The position numbers and the translations under genes are program-made. From a virus (taxonomy: Duplodnaviria; Caudoviricetes): a stretch of DNA of 64,000 bases. Location of the stretch: the IMG/VR virus record IMGVR_UViG_2645728028_000002, positions 1-64,000 of that record, one strand, 5' to 3'. Positions 10,298-20,559 of the stretch are shown here, piece after piece (within the stretch, counting starts at the first letter, position 1; each line of letters starts with the position of its first letter). The notes under the pieces are model-generated. The model saw only the letters and a program-made list of their open reading frames with translations, searched no databases and was not told the DNA's origin.

Positions 10298-11077
10298 CTA
10301 GGATACATAAATATATTCATATTTGAATTGAATCTTACATTTACCATAAACAATTAAATCATTATGACCTTTTACTAGATCAAGGAAATTTAAATTGAAG
10401 TCCTTCATTCGGTACATATGAGGAATGTCGGTTTCAATTTCTTCACTCTCGTTGTCAATTGTTATGGTTTCGTTAGATGCAAGTCCTGTAAACTTAAATT
10501 CAGAGTTATTGTTTGATTGGTTAACAATACTGATATCTCCCTCAGCAGTAGTGATTAGATTTATAAATGGTTTTGTTTCAATATGACCGCCATTATAAAT
10601 TGAAATGGATACACCTGCTGATGTATTATCTCTCAAATCATATTCAACCGTGTCAAATACAGGTGAATATAAATATGGACTATTTGATCTCATAGTTAAA
10701 GAAAGGTATCCTTCACCGTTTCCGTTATGAAGATGTTTAATTTCTCCAGTAGGCATACAATAAATAATTTTAATTTGCTCAGTGCCCATTACATAGAAAG
10801 GTTGATAACTCATTTGATTAAGCCATTGAATAGCCTCTTCAAATTCTTCATCTGTGTATCCGTGTTCAAAGTAAACATTTATGGGGAATTCCAATGGATC
10901 TTGCTCTACGCTATGGAGATAACTTTTTGCTCTTCCTCTTATTCGTGTTTCATTTATGTTTCTATTTGAAATAGTGGTTTCTTCAAATAACCCACTATCT
11001 GTTTGTATATTTAATGCCCCCATTACTTCAGAGTCAATTCCTGCGTAATGAAAGTGTTCATATTGGTAGATTGCCAT
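10298..11077 (-). CDS. Distal tail protein (Dit), YomH-like
   Basis: Start refined to ATG 11077 (GGAGTGA RBS); Sipho_tail-like sequence ending LVKGHNDLIVYG; between TMP and Tal. Confidence 0.8.
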   Translation of the reverse strand: MAIYQYEHFHYAGIDSEVMGALNIQTDSGLFEETTISNRNINETRIRGRAKSYLHSVEQDPLEFPINVYFEHGYTDEEFEEAIQWLNQMSYQPFYVMGTEQIKIIYCMPTGEIKHLHNGNGEGYLSLTMRSNSPYLYSPVFDTVEYDLRDNTSAGVSISIYNGGHIETKPFINLITTAEGDISIVNQSNNNSEFKFTGLASNETITIDNESEEIETDIPHMYRMKDFNLNFLDLVKGHNDLIVYGKCKIQFKYEYIYVS

Positions 11078-11148
11078 TTCTTTTTCACTCCGATCATTTT
11101 CAAAATGAAAAAGGAATGGCAATAAAAGCCATCCCTCTTACAAAATTA

Positions 11149-14100
11149 TTATTTACCTATTTTCTTTAATCCTTTTACTAGTTCTCCAAAAGCAACTTTC
11201 CCACCTTGTTTATCACCTGTCAATGTATCTATGTTGAAGTTAAGATTATAAACAATTTGTGAATCTGGTGTAGCAAGTTTTAATCCTCCAAGAATACTTG
11301 TTAAATCAGGAATCTTAACCATACTCCTAAGCAACTTAACACTTTCAAGCATGTTCTTAGTGTCTTCCTTGTTTAAAACGAGTTCCTTTTCATGGAGCAT
11401 AGCAAGACCTTCATCATTACCCGTGTAACCGCCCGATTTGAATTGCTGGAACTGAACATGATGAGGCATGTTTGTGACCCAATGGTTTTTACCTACGTTA
11501 AACTGACCGCCCCATTTGTCATCATATCCATATACCCTATAAACTTCACCTGGGTTTAGTCCTCGTACATATTGTAGCTTGCCGTTCTTACGAGTCCAAA
11601 GTTTAATAGGTTTCTTGATGATTATCTTACCCGTTTTATTCTTTTCTGGTTGGTTTGCTTCCTCTTGATCACGATCATTTTCTTTATCTTCTGCATACTT
11701 GTCTTGACCTGAAGTAGTATTGTCAACATCTTGAAATAACTTCTTAATACTTTCAGATATTGCACTAATATTCTCTTTCGCACGATTTAGAGCATCAGCA
11801 ATATTTTTAGATATACTATCACCAAGAATCTTACCATTGTCAGATACATATTTAGCCATTTCAGTAAGTTTATCTTTGTAGTAGTCAATATTACCATTCA
11901 TGATATCTTCCCGAATCTTAGCCCACTCACGCTCATCCTCTAAAAGATCTTCATAGAATTGCTCAATTTGTTCACGCTGCTTGTCAAGTTCTTCTTGTCT
12001 CTTCTCCCAAGCGTCATTTTCCATTTCACGCTCTTTGTCAAGTTGCTCTTGTTTAGCATCACGCTCATCTTGCAAAGCCTGTCTTCTTAATTCAAGCGCG
12101 CGATCATTTTTAAATTCTTCAATATCTTCCAATTGCTCGGCAAGCTCTTCTTCAAGTCTTAATTTTTCTTTCTTAGCCCACTCGCTATCATCCATAGCAA
12201 GTGCATTAATTTTATCTTGAAGTTTTTGTGCTTCAGTCTGTTTCTTACCTAATTCTTTTTCGTAATCATCCGATGCTTCTTGATCATCTAAGGCTCTTAG
12301 TTGTTTGTCATATTGTTCATCTATTGCCTTACTCTGCTCATCAAGTTCCTTCATCTTGTCATTATGAGCTTTTTCTTCTTTCTTGCGTATATCGTCAAGC
12401 TGCTTTAATTTAATTTCACGTTCGGCATCATATGCCTCTTTCATAGCTTCAATATATGAATCGGCAATACTTTCATATATTTCTTCTATGGATTCTTTTT
12501 GGTCAAAGATAGATACATCAATATCGGATAATGAATCTTTCCACTTTTGGATTTCCTCAGCATTTTGTTGTAAGGCTTCATCATTACCTGCTAGTTCTTT
12601 TCGAATTGCATTTAAGCTATCAATGTTTTCAAGGATAGCTTTACGTTGACTCAATAACACATCTAGCCGATCTCTATTCAATTGAAGAATTGCTTCTTCG
12701 TCTTCAGGATCAGCCATATGAATACTGTCGTCAATTTTATCTAACTGTTTGCTAATTTTCTCAGAAACTTTTTCAATTTGCTTTAGAACATTATCCAATT
12801 TCAACTGAGAAGCTTCGTTTGCTAATTCTTGCATAGCATCTTGTGCTTCTAATATAGAAACTTTTAATTCTAAATACCTATCATTCAATTCCTTCTTTTG
12901 TTGTTCGTCTAGATTCTGACTAGCACGAACTTGATCAATCATTGCCTTTTCTCGTTCCATTGCAACAATTTTTTCATGATGATAGCGTTTTTGATGATTT
13001 TGTAGGTCAATATATTCTCGACTTGCTTTGTTGTATAATTCCTGTTGCTGCTTAGAAAGTTGAAGCTTATAATCCAATTTTTCTACTTCATCACCATATC
13101 TAGCTAAACTAGCAAGAGTCTTTTCCCACTCTAAAGCATTTACCTGAGTATGAACATCGTAGAAAGCATCACGAACGTCTAATAGTTTTGCTTCTAATTC
13201 TGACTTTTGTGCTTCAGTAAGACCTTTATTAAGTCTGACTTGATCAGAAATAAATTTCATTTCATCTTGGTAAACTTTACGTTGGCTAGTTAGCAGATTG
13301 ATTTGACTTTGCAAATTACCCTTGTAATATTCACTTTGACTTTCAAGATATTTATTCTGATTCGCTTGATAAATTTTTAAGTGAGATTGAATCTGCCTAA
13401 CAACCAAGTCATATTGTGCAAGTTGAGAATTGATTAACTCCATTTGTAATTGAGCAATTTGATTCTCAATATCCAAGGCATCCATTTTCAGGTCAATTAA
13501 TTCTGATTTTGCTTGATCTATAAGCTGCATTTGATCTGCAACGGAAGAACTTGTTACTGCACTCAATTGTTGCATGTACGTCTGAGGATCTACAGGTTTA
13601 CCACCTGACTCAATTTGAAGATGAAGATGCGCACCAGTGGATTGACCAGTGTTTCCAACTTTGCCAAGTTGTTGTCCTGCAGAAACTCTTTGACCTGCCT
13701 TAACATTGAGTCCTTTTTGCATATGCATATATTTAGCAACAGTTCCATCGTCTTGTTGAACAACTACCCAATAACCTGCGGATTTACTGTATGCAGCAGT
13801 AATAACCTTACCATTGTTTAATGCCTTTACTGGATCACCTTGTCTACCGTTTGCCAAGTCTAAACCTTTGTGATTATAACTACCTCTGTCTTCATTGAAG
13901 CTAGAAGTTACTCTGAAGTTTTTTAGGTAGTAATCAGCAACACTTTTAGAGGCAGAACTTGCAACCGAAGCTCCTACAGAATTAACCGTTCCTGTGAACT
14001 GTGACCAGAATTTATTTACACCATTGACCCAGTTCTTGTTAAGTCCAGTTGGATCATTTGCAACACCAACAGGAGCATATTTCTTTTGGATAGCCTCAAC

Positions 14101-16950
14101 TGATGTCAACCCTTTAGAAGTATAGAGCCTTCTTAGCATATCTGCAGTATACTCAATGCTCTCTGCAACAGATGAGAAGGAGCGCAGTCCACCTTTAGAA
14201 CTCATAATACCAAATGCATTATTTTTAGTTCTAATTGCATTGGAACTACCATTTCCAGTTTCATGCATTGCAATTGCAGCTAAGAATGCAGGATCAATTC
14301 CATTAGCCTTACCTGCAGCAATTAAAGCATTACCCATTCCTGAGAGTTTACCTTTTAGGTATTTATTCAAGTCTGCAGCAGATACATTCGAAACGTTTGT
14401 TACTGATCCAGTTGAGTAACTGGATGACCCACCACCTGAACCTTTTATAATACCCGTTTGCTGAATGTTTCCTGATCTAATTTGACCGTTCAAGGAACGT
14501 GCTTGATCTTCCAAAAGCTTTTTCTTTTGCTTCATTAATTCAATTTCTTTTTTGATTGAATTCTGATATTGCTTAGAATGCTTAGGAAACTTTGATTGTA
14601 ATTGGTTTTGTTTTTCAAGTTCAAAATTTACATTCTCTATTGCTATCTTGAATTTATCTGAAACGTATGTTGCGTTTTCATATGCTTTTGAGGTGCTGCT
14701 TGCAACATCTTTTATTCCTGAGCTATCTAAATTACCAAAACCCGAACCAGCAGTTATGCTTCTTAATGATTCAGTCAAACTCTTCATGCTTGCTTCATAC
14801 TCTGAAATTGCCCTTAATTGAGGAGAGTTAGCTGCCTCCGCATAGGACATTGTTTCCATCATTTTACGTCCAGCTTCAGTAAATGTACGAGTCTGAACAT
14901 CATAATAAGAAGCCCAATCAGAGCCTAATTTCTTAATCAAGTTAGCATTAATTGAAGCTTTAAATTGTGCAAGAGTTTTTGTATTCGTTAAATCAACGTT
15001 GTAACCCTTGGCAAGAGTATTAACTAAATCATTATTTGCTTTTTTAATTTTGGTGAAATATTGCTCATTTCCTTCAAGTTTCTTTGATATAGCATCAAGA
15101 GCAATATCATTTTCAGCATTGATTAGCTTATTTACTTCTTCTCTTAGTTTAGCTTCATCATCAATGTATGCTAGAAGTTCAGGATACTTCTCCATCATTG
15201 TGGATATTGTGTCTGCTGAAACTGCATGATTTTCATTTAAATCATTAATAATACCATTTAAAGATTCAATGTTGGAAATTGCATCGTCATAGGATTTAGC
15301 GAGTTTATCTGCACTGTCACCTGCACCATCCATTGAAGTTTCCAATGCACCCATACCATCTGCACCAGCATATGTAGCATTGGCTAATCTGTCATTTTCC
15401 TCTTTAACTTTCTTAAAGGAAATATCCAATGATTCAGCTTCAACTTTGGTTGCTCCCATTTTCTGAGCATATGATGTTAGTGAGTTTCTTGCTTTCTCAA
15501 AACCCGATTTGTCACCTGATTCATAGGCACGTTGCATAGCATCTGCAAACTTACTTATTTCAATTGAATATGCTTCTAACTTAGCAGGATCATCAATATC
15601 GCTCAGATCTAGGGAATTAACAAAGTTTTGTATATTTTTACTGATAGTAGGATCAATATCTAATTTATTGTATGCCTCAGCAACTTTAAGAACTTCATCA
15701 TTTATTTTTAATGACGATTGGGCTAACTCGTTTTCAAGTTGTAATAACTCTTGTTTAACTTGATTAACGTATGATTGTTTAAAATCATGTTTAGCCATGT
15801 CCTGAAGTTGCTTTTTCTTGGCTTCAACCTTTTTCTCTAAGCCTAAGAAACCTTCTCGATCATCAATATTTTCTTCAAATGTGTTTAATGCGTTTAGTCT
15901 AATTTCTTCTCTTTTTAATTCTAGTAATTCTTTAGTTGCTTGAACTTCTTTATCTATTTCTTCAGCATTCTTAATATGGTATTGACCAGTGGCATCCATT
16001 TCCTCAATTAAGTTAGGGAAAATTTCTCCAAGCTGCTGTTGAATCTGAAGATATTCTTTTTCTTTATCATTGCTCCAATTGTCACCATTTCTTTGAGCAG
16101 ATAATTTTTTATAGGAGTCTATTAATTCTTCAGTGCGTTGTTTATTAGAAGTAAGTGCTTCGATATTCTTTTTCTGAGAATCTTCAAATTCTTCCTGTTT
16201 TTGTCTAGCGTCAGAATATAATCCAATTAACTTTTCAATGGCAATACCGATACCAGCGAAGACAAGACCGACACCTGTAGCTGCGACCAATCCTCTTAAA
16301 GCGGCTTTTGCGCCATTTGTTGCAATCCCTAATCTAGTCATACTAGCAGTCAATCCAGCCGATGCAAGTTGTGCACGAGTCATTCCTTGTGTTCCTAAAA
16401 TTAAAGACGCTGCAAAATTTCTGAGTTTAGAACTTAAAAGTACAGTGACAACCCCAAGCGTCCCAAACACGCCCGACAACAAACCAAATGTATCGATTGC
16501 CTTAGATGAGATAGTTGCTAAATCGTTTAATGATTCAACTATGGCTATTAATCCATCTGTCATTACTGCTGAACCTGCAGATAGGGTTAATTTATTCCAA
16601 GCAGTATCTAAACGGTTAATTCTTCCTTCTAATGAATCAGCATACTTTGCTTGTTCTCGCATACTTGAGCCTTGAGAATCCATTGCAACTGATGTTGCTT
16701 CAGTAGCAATAGAGAAGTTGTTCATTAGGGCAAGGAACCTTGATAGTTGGTACCTTCCTGCCAATGTCACGCCTAAGTTTTGTCTCTGCTCATCATTCAA
16801 CCCTGTCCATTTACCAGCCAATTCTTCAAGGATACTGCTTACTGGTCTTACATTTCCACCCATGTCTTTAATGGCTATGTTTACTCCATTTAATGCTGTC
16901 TCAGCTTCGGACATGGTTGTTATTCTACTCATGATCGTTTTAAGACCATT
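11149..16950 (-). CDS. Tape measure protein (CwlP/YomI-like), exon 2, with glucosaminidase-like and M23 peptidase domains
   Basis: Exon begins NGLKTIMSRIT and joins exon 1 in frame; AIAMHETG...KNNAFGI lysozyme-like domain; HKGLD...HLH M23 motif; long coiled coils. Confidence 0.9.
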   Translation of the reverse strand, partial: NGLKTIMSRITTMSEAETALNGVNIAIKDMGGNVRPVSSILEELAGKWTGLNDEQRQNLGVTLAGRYQLSRFLALMNNFSIATEATSVAMDSQGSSMREQAKYADSLEGRINRLDTAWNKLTLSAGSAVMTDGLIAIVESLNDLATISSKAIDTFGLLSGVFGTLGVVTVLLSSKLRNFAASLILGTQGMTRAQLASAGLTASMTRLGIATNGAKAALRGLVAATGVGLVFAGIGIAIEKLIGLYSDARQKQEEFEDSQKKNIEALTSNKQRTEELIDSYKKLSAQRNGDNWSNDKEKEYLQIQQQLGEIFPNLIEEMDATGQYHIKNAEEIDKEVQATKELLELKREEIRLNALNTFEENIDDREGFLGLEKKVEAKKKQLQDMAKHDFKQSYVNQVKQELLQLENELAQSSLKINDEVLKVAEAYNKLDIDPTISKNIQNFVNSLDLSDIDDPAKLEAYSIEISKFADAMQRAYESGDKSGFEKARNSLTSYAQKMGATKVEAESLDISFKKVKEENDRLANATYAGADGMGALETSMDGAGDSADKLAKSYDDAISNIESLNGIINDLNENHAVSADTISTMMEKYPELLAYIDDEAKLREEVNKLINAENDIALDAISKKLEGNEQYFTKIKKANNDLVNTLAKGYNVDLTNTKTLAQFKASINANLIKKLGSDWASYYDVQTRTFTEAGRKMMETMSYAEAANSPQLRAISEYEASMKSLTESLRSITAGSGFGNLDSSGIKDVASSTSKAYENATYVSDKFKIAIENVNFELEKQNQLQSKFPKHSKQYQNSIKKEIELMKQKKKLLEDQARSLNGQIRSGNIQQTGIIKGSGGGSSSYSTGSVTNVSNVSAADLNKYLKGKLSGMGNALIAAGKANGIDPAFLAAIAMHETGNGSSNAIRTKNNAFGIMSSKGGLRSFSSVAESIEYTADMLRRLYTSKGLTSVEAIQKKYAPVGVANDPTGLNKNWVNGVNKFWSQFTGTVNSVGASVASSASKSVADYYLKNFRVTSSFNEDRGSYNHKGLDLANGRQGDPVKALNNGKVITAAYSKSAGYWVVVQQDDGTVAKYMHMQKGLNVKAGQRVSAGQQLGKVGNTGQSTGAHLHLQIESGGKPVDPQTYMQQLSAVTSSSVADQMQLIDQAKSELIDLKMDALDIENQIAQLQMELINSQLAQYDLVVRQIQSHLKIYQANQNKYLESQSEYYKGNLQSQINLLTSQRKVYQDEMKFISDQVRLNKGLTEAQKSELEAKLLDVRDAFYDVHTQVNALEWEKTLASLARYGDEVEKLDYKLQLSKQQQELYNKASREYIDLQNHQKRYHHEKIVAMEREKAMIDQVRASQNLDEQQKKELNDRYLELKVSILEAQDAMQELANEASQLKLDNVLKQIEKVSEKISKQLDKIDDSIHMADPEDEEAILQLNRDRLDVLLSQRKAILENIDSLNAIRKELAGNDEALQQNAEEIQKWKDSLSDIDVSIFDQKESIEEIYESIADSYIEAMKEAYDAEREIKLKQLDDIRKKEEKAHNDKMKELDEQSKAIDEQYDKQLRALDDQEASDDYEKELGKKQTEAQKLQDKINALAMDDSEWAKKEKLRLEEELAEQLEDIEEFKNDRALELRRQALQDERDAKQEQLDKEREMENDAWEKRQEELDKQREQIEQFYEDLLEDEREWAKIREDIMNGNIDYYKDKLTEMAKYVSDNGKILGDSISKNIADALNRAKENISAISESIKKLFQDVDNTTSGQDKYAEDKENDRDQEEANQPEKNKTGKIIIKKPIKLWTRKNGKLQYVRGLNPGEVYRVYGYDDKWGGQFNVGKNHWVTNMPHHVQFQQFKSGGYTGNDEGLAMLHEKELVLNKEDTKNMLESVKLLRSMVKIPDLTSILGGLKLATPDSQIVYNLNFNIDTLTGDKQGGKVAFGELVKGLKKIGK

Positions 16951-18091
16951 CAATCTGTTACTTTCACCCATAAGGTTACTGACCACTAGAAGCAGTGGCG
17001 GAGGAGGTGCTTCTTTAGCAAGTCTGATTACTTGCGACCTCCTCTCTGCACTTTAAAAAACCAAGGGAATATTTGTGCAGTTCAGACTATATCATCATCC
17101 TCGACTTAACGTTAGGATGTCTTGCGTGTAGTCGTTGCGGGGAATATTTCATTCATCATACTATCAATATCGTTATAAATATCAGTTTCCCAAATCTCAT
17201 AATATTTATATCCATATTTAATAAAATCTTTTTTCTTCATTTTATCTTTTTTTATTCTACTAATTTGCTCTTCATTGAGGAGTTTTTTACCATCACCATA
17301 AATTTCAGGATTTCCATGCCAATAATCACCCATTACCTCTATAATTATATTATTTGTTGGAATGAAAAAGTCTGCGAAATATTTCTGGAAGAATCCTTGT
17401 TCTTGAATGAACTCTATATTTCTATCTTCAAGCCAATTCCTAACTAATTTTTCAGGTAATGTTTCTCCTCCTTCTCTTTGGCGGTTTCTGGATTTAGTAT
17501 TCCCTATAAACCAAGCCTTTGAAAATTCAGGATTATGTAGAGTATGCTCAATCCAATATTTATTTTTACATTCCTTTGTGCAGAACTTCCTTGTTCTGAC
17601 AGTAGATGGTTTTTCGCAGCGAAAGTCTTGTTGGCAGTATAAGCATAATTTAACTCTATTACCACCTGTATAACGATTCGCCTTTTCTCCCACTAGATTT
17701 ATAGATTGCCATTTATCATGACATGATTTAGAACATACTACACTTGTTTCTGCACGTGCAGGAATAACCTCATACACTTTATCACATACCTGACAATTCT
17801 TTTTAACTTTATTTACTCTTTCTTTGCCATTGTACTTTCCAAGACAAGTTAAGGAGCAAAAAGCAATCCCTCTGGTAATTTTTTGAGTTTGGGACTTATT
17901 TTTTAGTATTTGCTTATTACATGTTCCGCAGTTAAAAATACATTTGTATTTGCTTCTTGTCACTAGAATCACCTCATTAATTCATAGTGATGAATGAAAT
18001 ATTCTTCCCACAGGATTACCTCTCCCCAGAGGCTTCCCCTGTTATAGCAAGATGTTCCCTAATTAGTTTCCTAATTAGACGGCAATTATTT
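16951..18091 (-). ncRNA. Group I intron (1141 nt) in the tape measure gene, with endonuclease ORF in P6
   Basis: 5' site GGU|AAAUAAUUGCCG gives P1 with U.G wobble; core GCAACGACUA and GAUAUAGUC; terminal G before AAU GGU; removal restores ...ESGNIIG-NGLKT... Confidence 0.92.
17112..17972 (-). CDS. Intron-encoded homing endonuclease (Zn-finger repeats plus Vsr-like/EDxHD nuclease)
   Basis: Three CxxC...CSxxC/CTxxC repeats; C-terminal T.PE...ADFFI...IIIEVMGDYWH; ORF end overlaps the intron core. Confidence 0.85.
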   Translation of the reverse strand: MILVTRSKYKCIFNCGTCNKQILKNKSQTQKITRGIAFCSLTCLGKYNGKERVNKVKKNCQVCDKVYEVIPARAETSVVCSKSCHDKWQSINLVGEKANRYTGGNRVKLCLYCQQDFRCEKPSTVRTRKFCTKECKNKYWIEHTLHNPEFSKAWFIGNTKSRNRQREGGETLPEKLVRNWLEDRNIEFIQEQGFFQKYFADFFIPTNNIIIEVMGDYWHGNPEIYGDGKKLLNEEQISRIKKDKMKKKDFIKYGYKYYEIWETDIYNDIDSMMNEIFPATTTRKTS

Positions 18092-19639
18092 ACCGATGAT
18101 ATTTCCACTTTCACGAGTAGTAGAACCGATTGCAGCTATATATCCAACGAGATCTGACATCTCAACACCGAATGTTTTTGCGGTTGATGCTGATTTTCTT
18201 AATCCGTCTGATAGGTCTTTGGTTGTGACAGCGAAATTATTGTCAATTTCGTTAAGTTGATCAGCAATTGTGATTGAATCTTTAGCAGCAATATTAAAAT
18301 TCAACATTGCTGAAGTAAGCGTATCAACTGCAGCATTTGCATCTAAATCTGAAATATTTTGGAGTACTTGTGCAGTAGATGAGATGTCAATTAACTCATT
18401 CTCCTTAAATCCCATTCTTCCAAAGTCACCCATAATGGATAAAACATCCGTTAACTTAGAAGATAACTCATCACTAACTTGAACGGCATCTTCAAGTAAT
18501 TGAGTAAATTTAAAATCAGGCATATCCATTACACGTTGAATATTTACCATTAATGAATCAATCTCAATTAATCTTGAAGTCATATCTTCCAGTGCTCTAA
18601 TTGGAGCATAGAAAGCTGTAGCTGAAATCATCCAGATCGGAAACTTCGTCATGGCTGTAGATAACATTTCACCAAATGACATTCCAGCTTGTTGAGCTGC
18701 ACCTGCCGCACTTCTTGCATTTTGAGCAACTTGCGTAAACTGAGCAGAAGAACGTTGTAATTGTTGATTAAGATTAGCAGTTCTTGGTGTTAAATTATCT
18801 ACACTTTGTGTATATTGATTTAATGCCGTATTATCTACAAAACCACCATGTGTTGTTCTAATTCTCTGAGCGTTTACTTGAGCTTGTTGTCGAGCCATTT
18901 CTAACTTATGCTCATTATCTCTAATTCTATTGAGGTTTTCTAAATTCTGCTGTAATCTTTGAGTCTGTTGAATATTTTTGGAGTTATCAATAGCTTTATT
19001 TAATTTAGCAAAATTTTCAGCAGAGACTTTTCCTTCATTGTTTAATAACTTTAATTGATCCTTTAATTGTCTCTTTGAATTAGTAAGATTTTCAGTGGCT
19101 TTTCTTTCTTGATCAACATTCTGAACAACTTTCGCCTTACCAGTTTCCGTATTATAAGTAACCTTATTATATCCATCTTTGTATGTTTCTGACTTTAGTT
19201 TCTTTTGACCCTCAGCATCTTGATCATATCGCCTTTTTAATAATTCACCTTGACGCTGTATTGCTTTATTGTTCTCTTCGATAGCCTTAGTTTCTTGCTG
19301 TGTTGCCTTTGTCTTATCATTTGTTCGTTTAATTTCTTTTTCCATAATCTCGCCACTTTTTAAATGTTGGCGAATTTTTTCTCGAATAGTTCCATCAGCT
19401 TCTTTTGTAACAGTTTTCTCTTCTTTGATTACTCTATTTAAATCTTGAGCAATTTTCTTATGATTCTCCATTGCCTTGGAGAAATCAGCAAGTGTTTTAG
19501 ATACTTTATCATCTATTTGAATATTTAGTTTTATAGTGTTGATCTTTTTTTCGATGCCTTTTATGGCACTGTTTATTTCACCAATTGTAGCACCGGAATT
19601 GAGGGTGCCTATTATCCTTATTTTAAGATTGTCAGCCAT
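18092..19639 (-). CDS. Tape measure protein, exon 1 (spliced product about 2449 aa)
   Basis: Phage TMP core (DQLNEIDNNFAVTTKDLSDGLRKSAS...TTRESGNIIG); 1548 nt, intron in phase 0. Confidence 0.9.
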
Positions 19640-19660
19640 TTAACCACTCCTTTCAAATAA

Positions 19661-19690
19661 AAAAAGAAGTGTCAAATGACTGACACTTCT
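19661..19690 (-). terminator. Intrinsic terminator after the membrane moron gene
   Basis: AGAAGTGTCA/TGACACTTCT stem followed by poly-T on the minus strand. Confidence 0.7.
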
Positions 19691-20392
19691 TTAAATAGAC
19701 TGAGTATTTAATTCATTTCTTTTAATCACAATACTAATCCTCTTGTTCCATTTATTCATTTCAGAGAAAATATTTTGATATAAGTCGCTATTTTTACTTA
19801 CTAACATTTTTGAGTTAAGAAAATGTATTTCATGAACTGGATTACCTAAGTCGTCTACAACAATAGACAAGGTAGCCTTGAGGATTTGTTCAGTTGAAGT
19901 TTTACTACCAAGAACTCCACCTGCAATTGCCCCTCCAACTCCTGCTAACAATGTTCCTCCAACCGCTAAACCTTTTGAGGTCTTTGTGGTTGTTTCTCCG
20001 TCTTCCTTAATTCCCACTTCAATAATTTGGTCTAAATTGAATGACTCTAATTTAAAATCTTCATTAACATTATTTCTTTTTAAAATTGCTATTTTATTTT
20101 GTTCTTCACTTATAGCAATTCCTGATAAATAATCATCACTTAGGTAAGAATCGTCAGCTTGAAAATCAAGTTTAATTAATGATTTATCCAATGACTTTTC
20201 CATAATTGAGGAATATTGTTTGTCGTATTGACCATTTGTGTAAATTAAGACACCCAAAAAACAAAAAGCGAGTATAAATGAAACAAACCATATAGAACCA
20301 ACGAAGGGCATTGAAATTATAGATAGAGCGAATCCCGATAATAAAAGGGTAATACGCATATGTCTATCCATTTCAATTAATTTACTAATCAT
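19691..20392 (-). CDS. Membrane protein (moron; YomJ-like position, possible superinfection exclusion)
   Basis: Two N-terminal TM helices, glycine zipper GGTLLAGVGGAIAGG; flanked by terminator-like hairpins. Confidence 0.55.
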   Translation of the reverse strand: MISKLIEMDRHMRITLLLSGFALSIISMPFVGSIWFVSFILAFCFLGVLIYTNGQYDKQYSSIMEKSLDKSLIKLDFQADDSYLSDDYLSGIAISEEQNKIAILKRNNVNEDFKLESFNLDQIIEVGIKEDGETTTKTSKGLAVGGTLLAGVGGAIAGGVLGSKTSTEQILKATLSIVVDDLGNPVHEIHFLNSKMLVSKNSDLYQNIFSEMNKWNKRISIVIKRNELNTQSI

Positions 20393-20559
20393 AATGGAAC
20401 CACTCCTTTAAGAGTTTAAATTAATTCCATTATATCCTTTTCATGGCAAAATTAAAAGTGGACTTTTTGGGGAAGTAACCTCCCTGTATATCCTTTTACA
20501 ATCAAGTTAGCAGCCAATTTGTTTAGCTGCTTAATTCAAGATAAAAGTGTGATTTCCTT

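Noticed and set aside
11149-19639. Tape measure gene as a pseudogene or two separate genes
   Set aside because: A precise group I intron restores a single reading frame.
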